NCBI GenBank assembly: GCA_964462015.1
Contig: CAYWXI010000025.1
Coordinates: 3,329-67,328, forward strand
Direction: 5' to 3'
From: an uncultured Bacteroidales bacterium
GTDB taxonomy: Bacteria > Bacteroidota > Bacteroidia > Bacteroidales > JAEINX01
DNA: 64,000 bases
This document shows, in pieces, positions 1 through 9,481 of this stretch (positions are counted from its first letter, which is position 1; every line of letters starts with the position of its first letter). The notes under the pieces are model-generated. The model worked only from the letters and a program-made list of their open reading frames with translations. It was not told where the DNA came from and did not search any database. The position numbers were made by a program, and so were the translations under genes.

Positions 1-3000
1 CAATGAGCATCATAAAATTGGTCCCATTCTAATAAGAGTCCTCCTCCGATATAGGTTGTGGCATCAATAACAGGGCTGATCAATTCATCATCCATCGTTA
101 AACTAGCTGGCCCCCAACCTTGTCTTCCATCACATAACATAAATTTGGTTCCATTGAAGTTACTACCTTCTATTGCAGTTGTATCCATCCAGGTATAGTC
201 ACTATTTCCGTTATTAATAACAGTCCAATCCATTGGAAGGCCTGCATCGAAACTCTCATAAAATAGTTCAACTTCATCATAAATTACAGAGGCTGCGTAA
301 TTTAATGCAAATCCACCAGTGTTTTCAATCTCGAGATCAATATTAGCAGGCATAAGAGGAGTAGCCTCACCTAAAACCGGATTCGGATTCACAGAAATTG
401 CCGGGTCAGCAAACGTATTTATTTCAATATCATCAATGCTCCATCCATACCTGTTAACCCAACCATCTGAGGTTAATCTGAATCTTATTTGTACATCATT
501 GTATCCACCATATGAACTAAGGTCAAAAGCTTCGTGCTTCCACCAGGTATTATCGGGAATTTCAGAACCTGTTCCCCAATCAGCATATGATTCTTCATTG
601 AAACATGGGCCTTCAGGGCTTCCCCATTGTGTTACAGTGTAATTTCCACTTCCTGCATAGGTTGATTCAGGCAATTGATCATAAGTTAGTCCTCCATCAG
701 TTGAGATTTCCACATAAGCCTGGTCGTAACTACCTTCTACTTTAGCTATATGCCAGAATGTTAAACCGATAACAGATTCGGCAGTGAAATCTAATTTCCC
801 TAGCACCAGAAGCATATTTTCATTATCTAATGTATAGGCATTGTAGGCAGAACTGGATCCATTATGGAAAAGTGAATTGTCAATCACCCAATCGGTAGTA
901 TTTGAAAGATCATTTCCTGTAACTCCAAATCCTGATTCAAAATCTTCAATTACAGGCAGGGTCAGATATTCATACGAAGTGATAAAAGTAACAGGACCAC
1001 TCCACTCACTCAAATCACCACTACCACAATCAGCTTGAACATAAACATCATATCCTGTACCTGCTGTTAATCCGCTTAAATCATAGCTCTGATTTGTTCC
1101 AGATTGATTGTTATAGGTATATTGATTAATATAATTTCCTGTACCGGGTACAAAACCAGTAGCTCCAACTTCAATTATCCAATCGACTGCAGTACCACTC
1201 TCGGTCCAGTGGAAATCGGCGGTGGTACTGGTAATATTATCTACATAATTATTGGTTGGTGGAAGACAGGATGATAATAATTCCACAGATATATCATCAA
1301 TGTTAATATCAACCCATGTTGCAGTACTTCCATGTTTAAAAGCAAAGTATTGATCGTATCCTGTATATGTATTAAACCAAATATCAAATTCAGTATAGGT
1401 ATTAGTAACGGATACTGAAGTTAACTGTGTAAATGTTCCCGGATCATCAGGATTAGTTATAGTCCCTATGATAAGATCTTCATTCATGTTACTTCTTGCA
1501 TAAAACTTCACTCTTTTATCTGACAAAGTGGTCATTGGAGGTGAAACAAGAAGTAAAGTTGAGGCCAGGTCACCTCCATTACTCATCAGGTAGTTATTTG
1601 GCGGGCTATATGAATCCCAGTCGATTACACCGTTCATTGCCCATGGATCCGTTGTTAAAACAATATTTGACCAGCAAACAGGCATTTCATCATATCCCAC
1701 TCCATCAAAGTTTTCAGAAAACGGAGCAACATAAAAATCACAAGGTGTCAGGAAAGTTCCTGCATCGGACCAATCACTTATATCTCCGCCTCCACAGTCT
1801 GCCTGAACATAAAAATTATATTCAGTTGATGAGGATAAGCCGGTAATTTCATGCGGATTACTAACTCCGGATACAGTAGTTCCGGTTCCCGGAGTGAATC
1901 CTGCGAGACCATATTCAATGTTCCATGAAGTGGCACCGTTCATATCGGTCCAGTTGAGCCAGGCTGAGTTTATAGTCAAATTATCAGCAAACAGGTTTAT
2001 AGGTTTTAAGCATGATGGAGCTACATCAACTACTATATTATCAATAAAAATTTCCTGGTAAGAAGTGGTTGGATCCATTTGAAATGCAATGTAGGTATCA
2101 CCATTACTGACTCCACTAAAGAAAACCTCAAAGGAAGTTAATCCTCCCCAGGGATCATAGGCAACTTCTGTCTGTACTGATGTGAATGTTGATTCATCAG
2201 TTGGATCTGTTATTGTTCCTATTTTTAATAAAGGGAATCCATTACCACCCATATCAAAAGAAACCATAAAATCAGCTATACTACCACCAGCTAGGTCAAT
2301 TTCAGGAGTAATGAAAAATAATGTGGCCTGTGGATCGTCTCCATTTGTTAAAGCAAGTGAATTTGGACCTACTGAGCCATAGAAATCATAAACCCCAACA
2401 CCGGCATATTGAGAAGTGGCATCGACAATCCTTCTCCAGCAATAAGGAACCTCATCAAGTGGTGTAGTTTCGAAGTCCTCTGAGAAAGGAACTGCAAATG
2501 CACCGCATTCAGTTGTAAAACTCCAAACCGGACCTGGTGTTGTTCCACTTGTATTATGTGAAACAATTTGCCAGTAATAAGTTTCAGTTTCCATCATCGT
2601 TCCCGGATCAAACGAACCACTATCACCTGCCGGATCACCAAAAACATATTGGGTGGTTGGTGGATTATCAGTACCAAAAAACAAGTCATAAGTCTCATTG
2701 TATGAACCAAAATCCCAGGTCAGGTCATCATCGACACCAACATATAATGCTCCATCTGCAGGAGAAGGATTAATGGCAAATGTTGGAAAACCGGCAGGAA
2801 TATAAGTTACGGTAACTGTCCATGTGTTGTTATCTACCTTAGTAAAATCGGCAGAACAGCCAACAGCCTGCCAATGGCCTGTACCTGCATGCAATTCAAA
2901 GTCTACACCAGCACCTCCAGTTGGTGGAGATACAGCATTGGCAATATTGAGGTCAGTCCGGTCATAGATCATTGTTCCTGCCAAATAACCAGAACCATAG

Positions 3001-3308
3001 GATACAAATTCCTCAGATATTCCACCAGGAGAAGTACATACCAGCTTTGAATTTTGCTGAGCCATTGATTCCGGATCTATTGATGTCATTTCATAATAAA
3101 CATCCGTATTAATAACGGTTGCTCCGTCAGGAACAGGTACGTTTAACAAACCCGGACATGAAGACACTGAATTTGGCCAGGCAAATGCCTCATCTACCTC
3201 AATGTCGCCTGATGTATAGGTTATGCTGACTGATTGATTTTGCCCCAAAATTGATGCATTTAAAGCAAAAACAAATAATAAGAATAAAATCGTGCTTTTT
3301 GTTTTCAT
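1..3308 (-). CDS. Large secreted multidomain surface protein, N-terminal 1102 codons; 3' end runs off the window start. Repeated FN3-like modules alternate with 'choice-of-anchor J'-like modules.
   Basis: Absent from the ORF track because it has no stop in the window. My manual minus-strand translation from the ATG at 3308-3306 stays open to position 1. N-terminus MKTKSTILFLLFVFALNASILGQNQ looks like a signal peptide. Two clear FN3-like modules: SCLKPINLFADNLTINSAWLNWTD...YNFYVQADCGGGDISDWS and SCLPPTNNYVDNITSTTADFHWTE...YDVYVQADCGSGDLSEWS. Repeated F-x-E-[DN]-F-[ED] module starts. The other two minus frames are full of stops. Confidence 0.8.
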   Translation of the reverse strand, partial: MKTKSTILFLLFVFALNASILGQNQSVSITYTSGDIEVDEAFAWPNSVSSCPGLLNVPVPDGATVINTDVYYEMTSIDPESMAQQNSKLVCTSPGGISEEFVSYGSGYLAGTMIYDRTDLNIANAVSPPTGGAGVDFELHAGTGHWQAVGCSADFTKVDNNTWTVTVTYIPAGFPTFAINPSPADGALYVGVDDDLTWDFGSYNETYDLFFGTDNPPTTQYVFGDPAGDSGSFDPGTMMETETYYWQIVSHNTSGTTPGPVWSFTTECGAFAVPFSEDFETTPLDEVPYCWRRIVDATSQYAGVGVYDFYGSVGPNSLALTNGDDPQATLFFITPEIDLAGGSIADFMVSFDMGGNGFPLLKIGTITDPTDESTFTSVQTEVAYDPWGGLTSFEVFFSGVSNGDTYIAFQMDPTTSYQEIFIDNIVVDVAPSCLKPINLFADNLTINSAWLNWTDMNGATSWNIEYGLAGFTPGTGTTVSGVSNPHEITGLSSSTEYNFYVQADCGGGDISDWSDAGTFLTPCDFYVAPFSENFDGVGYDEMPVCWSNIVLTTDPWAMNGVIDWDSYSPPNNYLMSNGGDLASTLLLVSPPMTTLSDKRVKFYARSNMNEDLIIGTITNPDDPGTFTQLTSVSVTNTYTEFDIWFNTYTGYDQYFAFKHGSTATWVDINIDDISVELLSSCLPPTNNYVDNITSTTADFHWTESGTAVDWIIEVGATGFVPGTGNYINQYTYNNQSGTNQSYDLSGLTAGTGYDVYVQADCGSGDLSEWSGPVTFITSYEYLTLPVIEDFESGFGVTGNDLSNTTDWVIDNSLFHNGSSSAYNAYTLDNENMLLVLGKLDFTAESVIGLTFWHIAKVEGSYDQAYVEISTDGGLTYDQLPESTYAGSGNYTVTQWGSPEGPCFNEESYADWGTGSEIPDNTWWKHEAFDLSSYGGYNDVQIRFRLTSDGWVNRYGWSIDDIEINTFADPAISVNPNPVLGEATPLMPANIDLEIENTGGFALNYAASVIYDEVELFYESFDAGLPMDWTVINNGNSDYTWMDTTAIEGSNFNGTKFMLCDGRQGWGPASLTMDDELISPVIDATTYIGGGLLLEWDQFYDAH

Positions 3309-3402
3309 AAGATTTAAGTTTAAATTTATAAATAATTGATTTAAAGAAAATACAAGTCAAAATTTTCATCGTGCACAAATATATGTTCAAGGAACCATAG
3401 TA

Positions 3403-3417
3403 AGGTCTCAAAAGATA
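3403..3417. repeat. Copy A of shared 15-mer AGGTCTCAAAAGATA, upstream of the minus-strand surface-protein gene
   Basis: Exact 15-mer also at 4907-4921. Both copies are preceded 13-17 bp earlier by (A/T)TATGTTC(A/G)A. Both lie about 100 bp upstream of minus-strand start codons. Confidence 0.5.
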
Positions 3418-3553
3418 GAATGGGACAAAAATAAAAGGTATCAGGGGATACAATGAGACAAAATTTAAATATCGTTAGTAAAATTTGTACTGATATACTT
3501 TGTCGGAAATTAAAAAAAGTTACGCTGATAAAATAAGTCTAACCAGCAATATA

Positions 3554-4804
3554 CTAAATACTTTTATGACTTGTAAAATATTCTGATGGCGTCAAATCAG
3601 TCAGTTGCTTAAAAATACGGAAGAAACTTGCCTTAGAATTAAATCCGGCATCATAAGCCAAACTTATTAGTTTAAAATGTTTATTGGATGGATCACTCAT
3701 TAATTGCTTTACTTCTTCAATCCTGAATTGATTAACAAACTCATAAAAATTTTTTTTATGCAATTGGTTAATAATCCTGGACAACTTGTTCCTCGGTATT
3801 TCGAGTAAATTGGCCAGTTCAGGTAAAGTTAGTTCCGGATTCAAGAAAGGTTTTTCGTTTTGCATGCAAGTGATAAGTCGCTCATTTAAAGAAGTGAGAG
3901 AAGGGTCAGAAGACGTAGGTTCACTTATTACATGTGGTTCTTTAATTACCTGTATATCCAGAGACGATCCATTTGACGCTTTATCAAGGTTTTTAATTCT
4001 TATAAAATTATCCCTTAAAACACCAAAATCAAGTTTAAAAATTTCAGGACTTTTTACAGCAGTATAACTAATTATATAAATAAACAATACAAGTACGAGA
4101 TAAGCAAATGCAAATAAATCAACCCCTGTTTTAATATGTAAATATTCCAGGTGAAGACCAATGATTCCAATAATCCAGGAAAACAAATTAAGAGATATGC
4201 CAATATATAGAACTCTTATTATGCTTTTATCTAAAGTGGATTCAAATTCCTTGATTTTTTTTCTGTATGATCTGATCAGTTTTAATGAAAGAAAAGAATA
4301 GATTATACCCTGTAATGCAATCACCTCATCTCCTATAAATTGTAAAATCTGATAATACTCTGTTCTGTTTCGAATCAAGTATATTTTATCCTCACCTGTT
4401 TGCAGGTAAAAATCAATATAGAAAAGTATGCTCAAAATAAACGGTAAAAAATGAAAAAGATCAGTCTTTTCAAACTTATTGTGATGAGATAACAAATATT
4501 TAACTTGTAAATATAACAATGGGAAAAACAGAAATAAGAACTGGTAAATTACCTTTAATAAATGTGGAAACCTAATGTATAATCCTTCTTCCTGAAGGGC
4601 AAATGTAAACAAAAACATTCCCCATAATAAAGTAAGCAAACCTAATAACCTGTTTGATAATCTGTTGATCCTTATTGAAAATAAAAACACAGAAAGTAAT
4701 AATCCTTGAACTGCTCCAACGTATAGAATTATTTGAATTATTTCGTCCATTAATTGATACCAACATAAAGCCCTTATATAAGGACATAAAAAAATAATGC
4801 TCAA
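3554..4804 (-). CDS. Membrane-anchored AraC-family transcriptional regulator: multi-TM N-terminal domain plus C-terminal HTH
   Basis: C-terminus LTLPELANLLEIPRNKLSRIINQL...FRIEEVKQLM...ISLAYDAGFNSKASFFRIFKQLTDLTPSEY is a typical AraC double HTH. The N-terminal ~250 aa are hydrophobic helices. The true start may be the internal Met at 4750 (MDEIIQ). Confidence 0.8.
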   Translation of the reverse strand: MSIIFLCPYIRALCWYQLMDEIIQIILYVGAVQGLLLSVFLFSIRINRLSNRLLGLLTLLWGMFLFTFALQEEGLYIRFPHLLKVIYQFLFLFFPLLYLQVKYLLSHHNKFEKTDLFHFLPFILSILFYIDFYLQTGEDKIYLIRNRTEYYQILQFIGDEVIALQGIIYSFLSLKLIRSYRKKIKEFESTLDKSIIRVLYIGISLNLFSWIIGIIGLHLEYLHIKTGVDLFAFAYLVLVLFIYIISYTAVKSPEIFKLDFGVLRDNFIRIKNLDKASNGSSLDIQVIKEPHVISEPTSSDPSLTSLNERLITCMQNEKPFLNPELTLPELANLLEIPRNKLSRIINQLHKKNFYEFVNQFRIEEVKQLMSDPSNKHFKLISLAYDAGFNSKASFFRIFKQLTDLTPSEYFTSHKSI

Positions 4805-4906
4805 AATTACTAAAAAAATCTATTGGGCATATAAGCCAACAAGCTAAAATAATATACAATTAATATCCCGTTTCTCATATTATGTTCGAATTATTTGAAT
4901 AAAAAC

Positions 4907-4921
4907 AGGTCTCAAAAGATA
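4907..4921. repeat. Copy B of shared 15-mer AGGTCTCAAAAGATA, in the AraC / LRR-protein divergent intergenic region
   Basis: Exact match to 3403-3417. Confidence 0.5.
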
Positions 4922-5007
4922 CAGTGAGTCCGTTGTAACAAATACTAGGTCTATTTTTGTTGCAGGAATGAAAATTTGAATAATCAAAAATTAAAACTAA
5001 TAAAAAA

Positions 5008-8000
5008 ATGAAAAAGTTTAACAAAAAAACATTGATTATCGGCATGCTGATATTTTTTGGAGTAGTAGCACTGGTAATTTCGACATTTGCACAAAATGGC
5101 TCAACAGCCAAAGATCTTGAACCACCTACAAATTTATTTGCAGTAGTTCAAAATGAAAATGATGTGCATTTATTCTGGGATGAACCTACAGCCGGAGATT
5201 CAACCTATCTGCACTGGGATAACGGTATAAATTATGATGCTATAGGAAATTTTATGGGACCATCTATATTTGAATATGCTACAAAATGGGAACCGGACCA
5301 AATTGCCAATTATGATGGCTGGAATATCATTTCCATGCGGTTTTATGTTGTTAATCCCCTTGCTACTGTAAAGCTTAAGGTATGGACGGGTATTGAGGGT
5401 ACCACAGAAATATACAGCCAGGATGTTACAAATTATAATCTTGGAGACTGGACAGAAATATTTTTTGATACACCTGTATCCATTGATGCAAGTGATTATC
5501 TATGGTTTGGGCTTTATGTGAATATGCCTGTAGCAGGTGCTTTTATGGGAGTAGATGAGGGACCTGCGGTTAATGGTTATGGTAATAATTACAGAATGCC
5601 TGGTGGAAATTGGTACCAGGATTTTGATGCAAACTGGAACCTTCAAATCCAGATTGATGGTAGTCAAAAGGAAACCAAAGATCTTTTAGGTTATAACATA
5701 TACAGGAATGATGTAACTGTGAACTCCGAATTGGTTACCAATACATCTTATGTTGATGAGAATGTTGGTAATGGAATCCATAGTTACTATGTAACAGCCG
5801 TGTATGATGACGGGGAATCAGATCCATCCAATACAGTACAAGTGGATATAAGTAATACTTATGTAATGGAACAGGATTCATTAGCACTGGTAGATCTTTA
5901 TAATAATTGCAATGGTCCTAATTGGACATGGAACGAAAACTGGTTGGTTACCCCTGTGGTAGAATGGCAAAATGTAACTGTTGTCGGTGACAGGGTAACG
6001 GATCTATTTATGTCTAATAATAATTTAACAGGTGATATTCCCGAATCCTTTGGAAACCTAACTGCCCTTGTTGACTTTCACGCTACCAGTAATAGTATTA
6101 CTTCAATTCCGGAAACTTTTGGAAACCTGGAGTCATTGGAAGTATGTTGGCTCGGATTTGATAATGAAATTACATCACTGCCCGAATCCTTTGGGAATTT
6201 GACAAACCTTGTTCAATTACATATTGGATTTCTTGACCTGGGCACCTTACCTGAATCATTTGGAAACCTTGTAAACCTCGAATGGCTTGCCCTTGGAGAT
6301 GCAGGTTTAAATAGCCTACCCGAAAGTTTCGGTAACCTGATATCTGTTGAAAGTTGTTTCCTTTGGGGAAATAACCTAACCTATCTGCCTGACAACTTTG
6401 GAGGCATGGAAAGTCTGAATTATTTATCACTGTATGAAAATCAACTTACCGGTTTGCCGGAAAGTTTTGGGGATCTTGATAACCTTCAGTTTTGTTTTCT
6501 TGATGTAAATCAGCTTGAATCCCTGCCAGAGAGTTTTGGATATCTTGCATCACTGGACTCTCTCTATTTGGACGCCAATAATTTAACTCAATTGCCTGAG
6601 TCTTTCGGAAATTTATCAGATTTAAATTATTTAAGCATTGCAGCTAATAACCTTACATCATTGCCTGCTTCATTCTCAAACCTGGCAACAATTCAGGAAA
6701 TTTATCTCAATAATAACCAGCTTATCGAGTTACCTGAGGATATTGGAAACCTGGGAAATACATTGATGGCTATGGGAATCAGCTATAATAATATTACTTC
6801 TTTGCCTGAATCAATTGATCAGCTGACAAATATTTATAGCTTTTTCGGTTCAAATAATCAGATTGGGAATTTGCCTGTGAATATTGGAAATATGGCTAAC
6901 CTGCATTACCTGGGTATGGAAAACAATAGCATTGAATCTATACCAGAATCATTTGGAAACTTGAGTGCTCTGGGTTATATCAGTTTGATGGATAATAACA
7001 TTAACGGACTTCCGGAATCTTTTGGTAATTTAAATGCGGATACAGTTTTACTTACAAATAATAATATTCCAGAATTGCCATCAGGTATGCTCAACAAATC
7101 ATTTGATTATTTATGGGTTGAGGATAATAATTTACAGTTTGGAAGCATTGAGCCACTTATGTATAATGTTGCATATCAATTCAATTATGATCCTCAGGCA
7201 ATGATAGGCAATGATACTATAATCGGAATACCCAATCATACAACACTATCATATACCATTGAGGTTACAGGAAGTAACAATATTTATAAATGGTATAAGG
7301 ATGGAACTATATTACCGGATCAAACTTCAAATACATTATACATCGAAAATGCTTCATATAATGACGAGGGTACATATGTATTAAAAGTCACAAATACAAT
7401 TGTTTCTGATCTGGAATTGGTAAGTTATGATGTAGAAATAGAGATTGTCGGTCAACAATTCGACTTAGAACCTGGATTCCAATTTATTTCTTCAGCAGTT
7501 GATCCAACTGATCCGAATATGACAGTTGTTATGGCTGACATATTAAATTCTAACCTTGATTTCGTTAGAAATTCAGCTGGTCAGATGTTGCGGAAAATTG
7601 GCCCTGTTTGGGTTAATGGTATCGGTAACTGGGTTGTTGAAGAAGGATATCTTGTCAAGATGTTTGCTGCTGATTCATTCACAATTTGTGGTACTTCTAT
7701 AGCTCCCGAAACCCCTATCGTTGTTGAATCAGGATTCCAGTTTGTAAGTTTTTTCCCGGCTGCTCCAATGGATGCACTTGTTGCATTTGAAACTATAGTT
7801 GGTGATGATCTTGATTTCATTAGAAATTCAGCCGGTCAGATGTTGCGGAAAATTGGCCCTGTTTGGGTTAATGGAATTGGCGACGCTTTGCCAGGTGAAG
7901 GTTACTTAGTTAAAATGTTTGCTCCGGGTCAAATTATCTATCCTGAGCCGGTTAAATTAAGTGGGAAAACTTCAATCATCCCATCTCATTTACTTTTCGA

Positions 8001-8565
8001 AGGTGGTAATGCTGCTGAACCTGTTTATACTATGTATATTAAAGGTTTAGAACCTGGTGATGAAGTAGCGGCTTATAACGGAGATGTTATTCTCGGTTCT
8101 ATGACTGTAACATCAGACAATGTTTACAATAACGCTCTTCCTGTATTCAGTCAGTTGAATAACGGACAAGGATATGTAGCCGGTGAAACTATTTCATTAA
8201 AAGTCTGGTCTAACGACAATGTTGTTGTTGCTGACTTTGAAATGGAATCAGTTTACAATTCTTACATATCTGATGTTTATCCGGGCAACGACGGTGAATT
8301 CAGTGTTGTTAATGTAACAAAAGATGCTATGCTTTCCGGTGAATTGCTTGTTTATCCAAATCCTGCCACTGATGTAATTAACATTACTTCTCCTTCTGAT
8401 ATTAGCAATGTTACTATATTTAATTATGTTGGACAGCCTGTTTACTCAAGCAATGTAAACAGTTCAAATGTTCAAATTAATTCAAACGATTTTAAAGCTG
8501 GTATTTATATTATAAGAATTCAAACTTGTAGGGGATTAGAAACCCAAAAGGTTACTATTAAGTAA
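5008..8565 (+). CDS. Secreted leucine-rich-repeat protein with FN3-like region, Ig-like domain, R1-R2 module pair, N-module and T9SS C-terminal sorting domain
   Basis: Signal peptide MKKFNKKTLIIGMLIFFGVVALVISTFAQ. About 19 repeats of a 23-aa LRR with core L-P-E-S-F-G-N-L. Ig-like segment YKWYKDGTILPDQTSNTLYIENASYNDEGTYVLKVTN. Two copies of DF[VI]RNSAGQMLRKIGPVWVNGIG. The end, VYPNPATDVINITS...AGIYIIRIQT...KVTIK, resembles Por_Secre_tail. Confidence 0.9.
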   Translation: MKKFNKKTLIIGMLIFFGVVALVISTFAQNGSTAKDLEPPTNLFAVVQNENDVHLFWDEPTAGDSTYLHWDNGINYDAIGNFMGPSIFEYATKWEPDQIANYDGWNIISMRFYVVNPLATVKLKVWTGIEGTTEIYSQDVTNYNLGDWTEIFFDTPVSIDASDYLWFGLYVNMPVAGAFMGVDEGPAVNGYGNNYRMPGGNWYQDFDANWNLQIQIDGSQKETKDLLGYNIYRNDVTVNSELVTNTSYVDENVGNGIHSYYVTAVYDDGESDPSNTVQVDISNTYVMEQDSLALVDLYNNCNGPNWTWNENWLVTPVVEWQNVTVVGDRVTDLFMSNNNLTGDIPESFGNLTALVDFHATSNSITSIPETFGNLESLEVCWLGFDNEITSLPESFGNLTNLVQLHIGFLDLGTLPESFGNLVNLEWLALGDAGLNSLPESFGNLISVESCFLWGNNLTYLPDNFGGMESLNYLSLYENQLTGLPESFGDLDNLQFCFLDVNQLESLPESFGYLASLDSLYLDANNLTQLPESFGNLSDLNYLSIAANNLTSLPASFSNLATIQEIYLNNNQLIELPEDIGNLGNTLMAMGISYNNITSLPESIDQLTNIYSFFGSNNQIGNLPVNIGNMANLHYLGMENNSIESIPESFGNLSALGYISLMDNNINGLPESFGNLNADTVLLTNNNIPELPSGMLNKSFDYLWVEDNNLQFGSIEPLMYNVAYQFNYDPQAMIGNDTIIGIPNHTTLSYTIEVTGSNNIYKWYKDGTILPDQTSNTLYIENASYNDEGTYVLKVTNTIVSDLELVSYDVEIEIVGQQFDLEPGFQFISSAVDPTDPNMTVVMADILNSNLDFVRNSAGQMLRKIGPVWVNGIGNWVVEEGYLVKMFAADSFTICGTSIAPETPIVVESGFQFVSFFPAAPMDALVAFETIVGDDLDFIRNSAGQMLRKIGPVWVNGIGDALPGEGYLVKMFAPGQIIYPEPVKLSGKTSIIPSHLLFEGGNAAEPVYTMYIKGLEPGDEVAAYNGDVILGSMTVTSDNVYNNALPVFSQLNNGQGYVAGETISLKVWSNDNVVVADFEMESVYNSYISDVYPGNDGEFSVVNVTKDAMLSGELLVYPNPATDVINITSPSDISNVTIFNYVGQPVYSSNVNSSNVQINSNDFKAGIYIIRIQTCRGLETQKVTIK

Positions 8566-8588
8566 TTTTTCATTTTTAGTTTTTTGAA

Positions 8589-8617
8589 AAGCTGCCCCTT
8601 CCCGGGCAGCTTTTTTT
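8589..8617 (+). terminator. Rho-independent terminator of the LRR gene
   Basis: AAGCTGCCC-cttccc-GGGCAGCTT: 9-bp stem followed by a T-run (tttttatttt), 24 bp after the stop codon. Confidence 0.8.
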
Positions 8618-8785
8618 ATTTTCGGGAAAATATTATTTCACTCTTGTTTATTTGATTGTGTGAACCTCCTTTAAACCAATATGGATTAGAAAATGCAAAA
8701 TGTTTCAGTCTGATCAATATAAAACCGGGTCTTTAATATTTTTCATTTAATGCAAGGTTTACGAAACGAGGTAAGTGACACGAAG

Positions 8786-9244
8786 TTAACCCGAAGGGAT
8801 TATGGCCATGGATGCGTTGCCTCCCGAGGTAAACCTTATTGTATCTTCATCGGCACTGGCTTCAACTTGTATTTTGGTGTCGCCGTCAGCATCAGTGATT
8901 GCATCAGGGATGGGTTTTGAACCGGCATTCAAACATAACCAACTGCTCCCATCATAAAAGTAGAACCCTTCTGTTCCATCAGTTTGATAGACTAAAAGGC
9001 CTGTTGCAGGGCTGCTTATGCTTCCCCTTTGACTTACGGTCATTCTTGGAATTAATAAACCTTTATCGGTTGATTTTACATCCAGCATGGCTGAAGCATC
9101 CGGCTCGCTGCCGTCAGTAGTTATGGCTACCTGGGCGTTTAGCCCGCTTAGTCCAAGAAAAAACACCATGCATAAAACCGTAATTGTTTTCCCGGCTTTG
9201 CGTGATTTTACCGAAAATATTGGGGTGAACATTTTGTTCAACAT
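8786..9244 (-). pseudogene. Truncated 5' duplicate (152 codons plus upstream region) of the 634-aa tail-fibre-like FISUMP gene
   Basis: MLNKMFTPIFSVKSRKAGKTITV...[33 protein letters not shown]... parallels the first ~150 aa of 9482..11386. The DNA just upstream of each start is also alike (catagttttgtgttttta vs catagatttgtgtttttta). The ORF stops where the full-length protein begins its NVGIGTT repeats. Confidence 0.55.
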
Positions 9245-9481
9245 AGTTTTGTGTTTTTATTGTTTATTTGTACTTTTTATTTATTACTTGCCTGCGGCAG
9301 GCGGGGCTATATCATCCATAAAAAAGTGCTTGTGCCTTAAGCTGATCAATTATATTAATTTTATCGCATCTATGGTACTCCCCATTCTTTAGACAGCGAT
9401 ATCTCAAAGTTAAGTTTCATTTGCTTTGTTCTTGATTATTTCGGATATCGTCATTTTCAAAAAAAATATCAAATATCGGAT

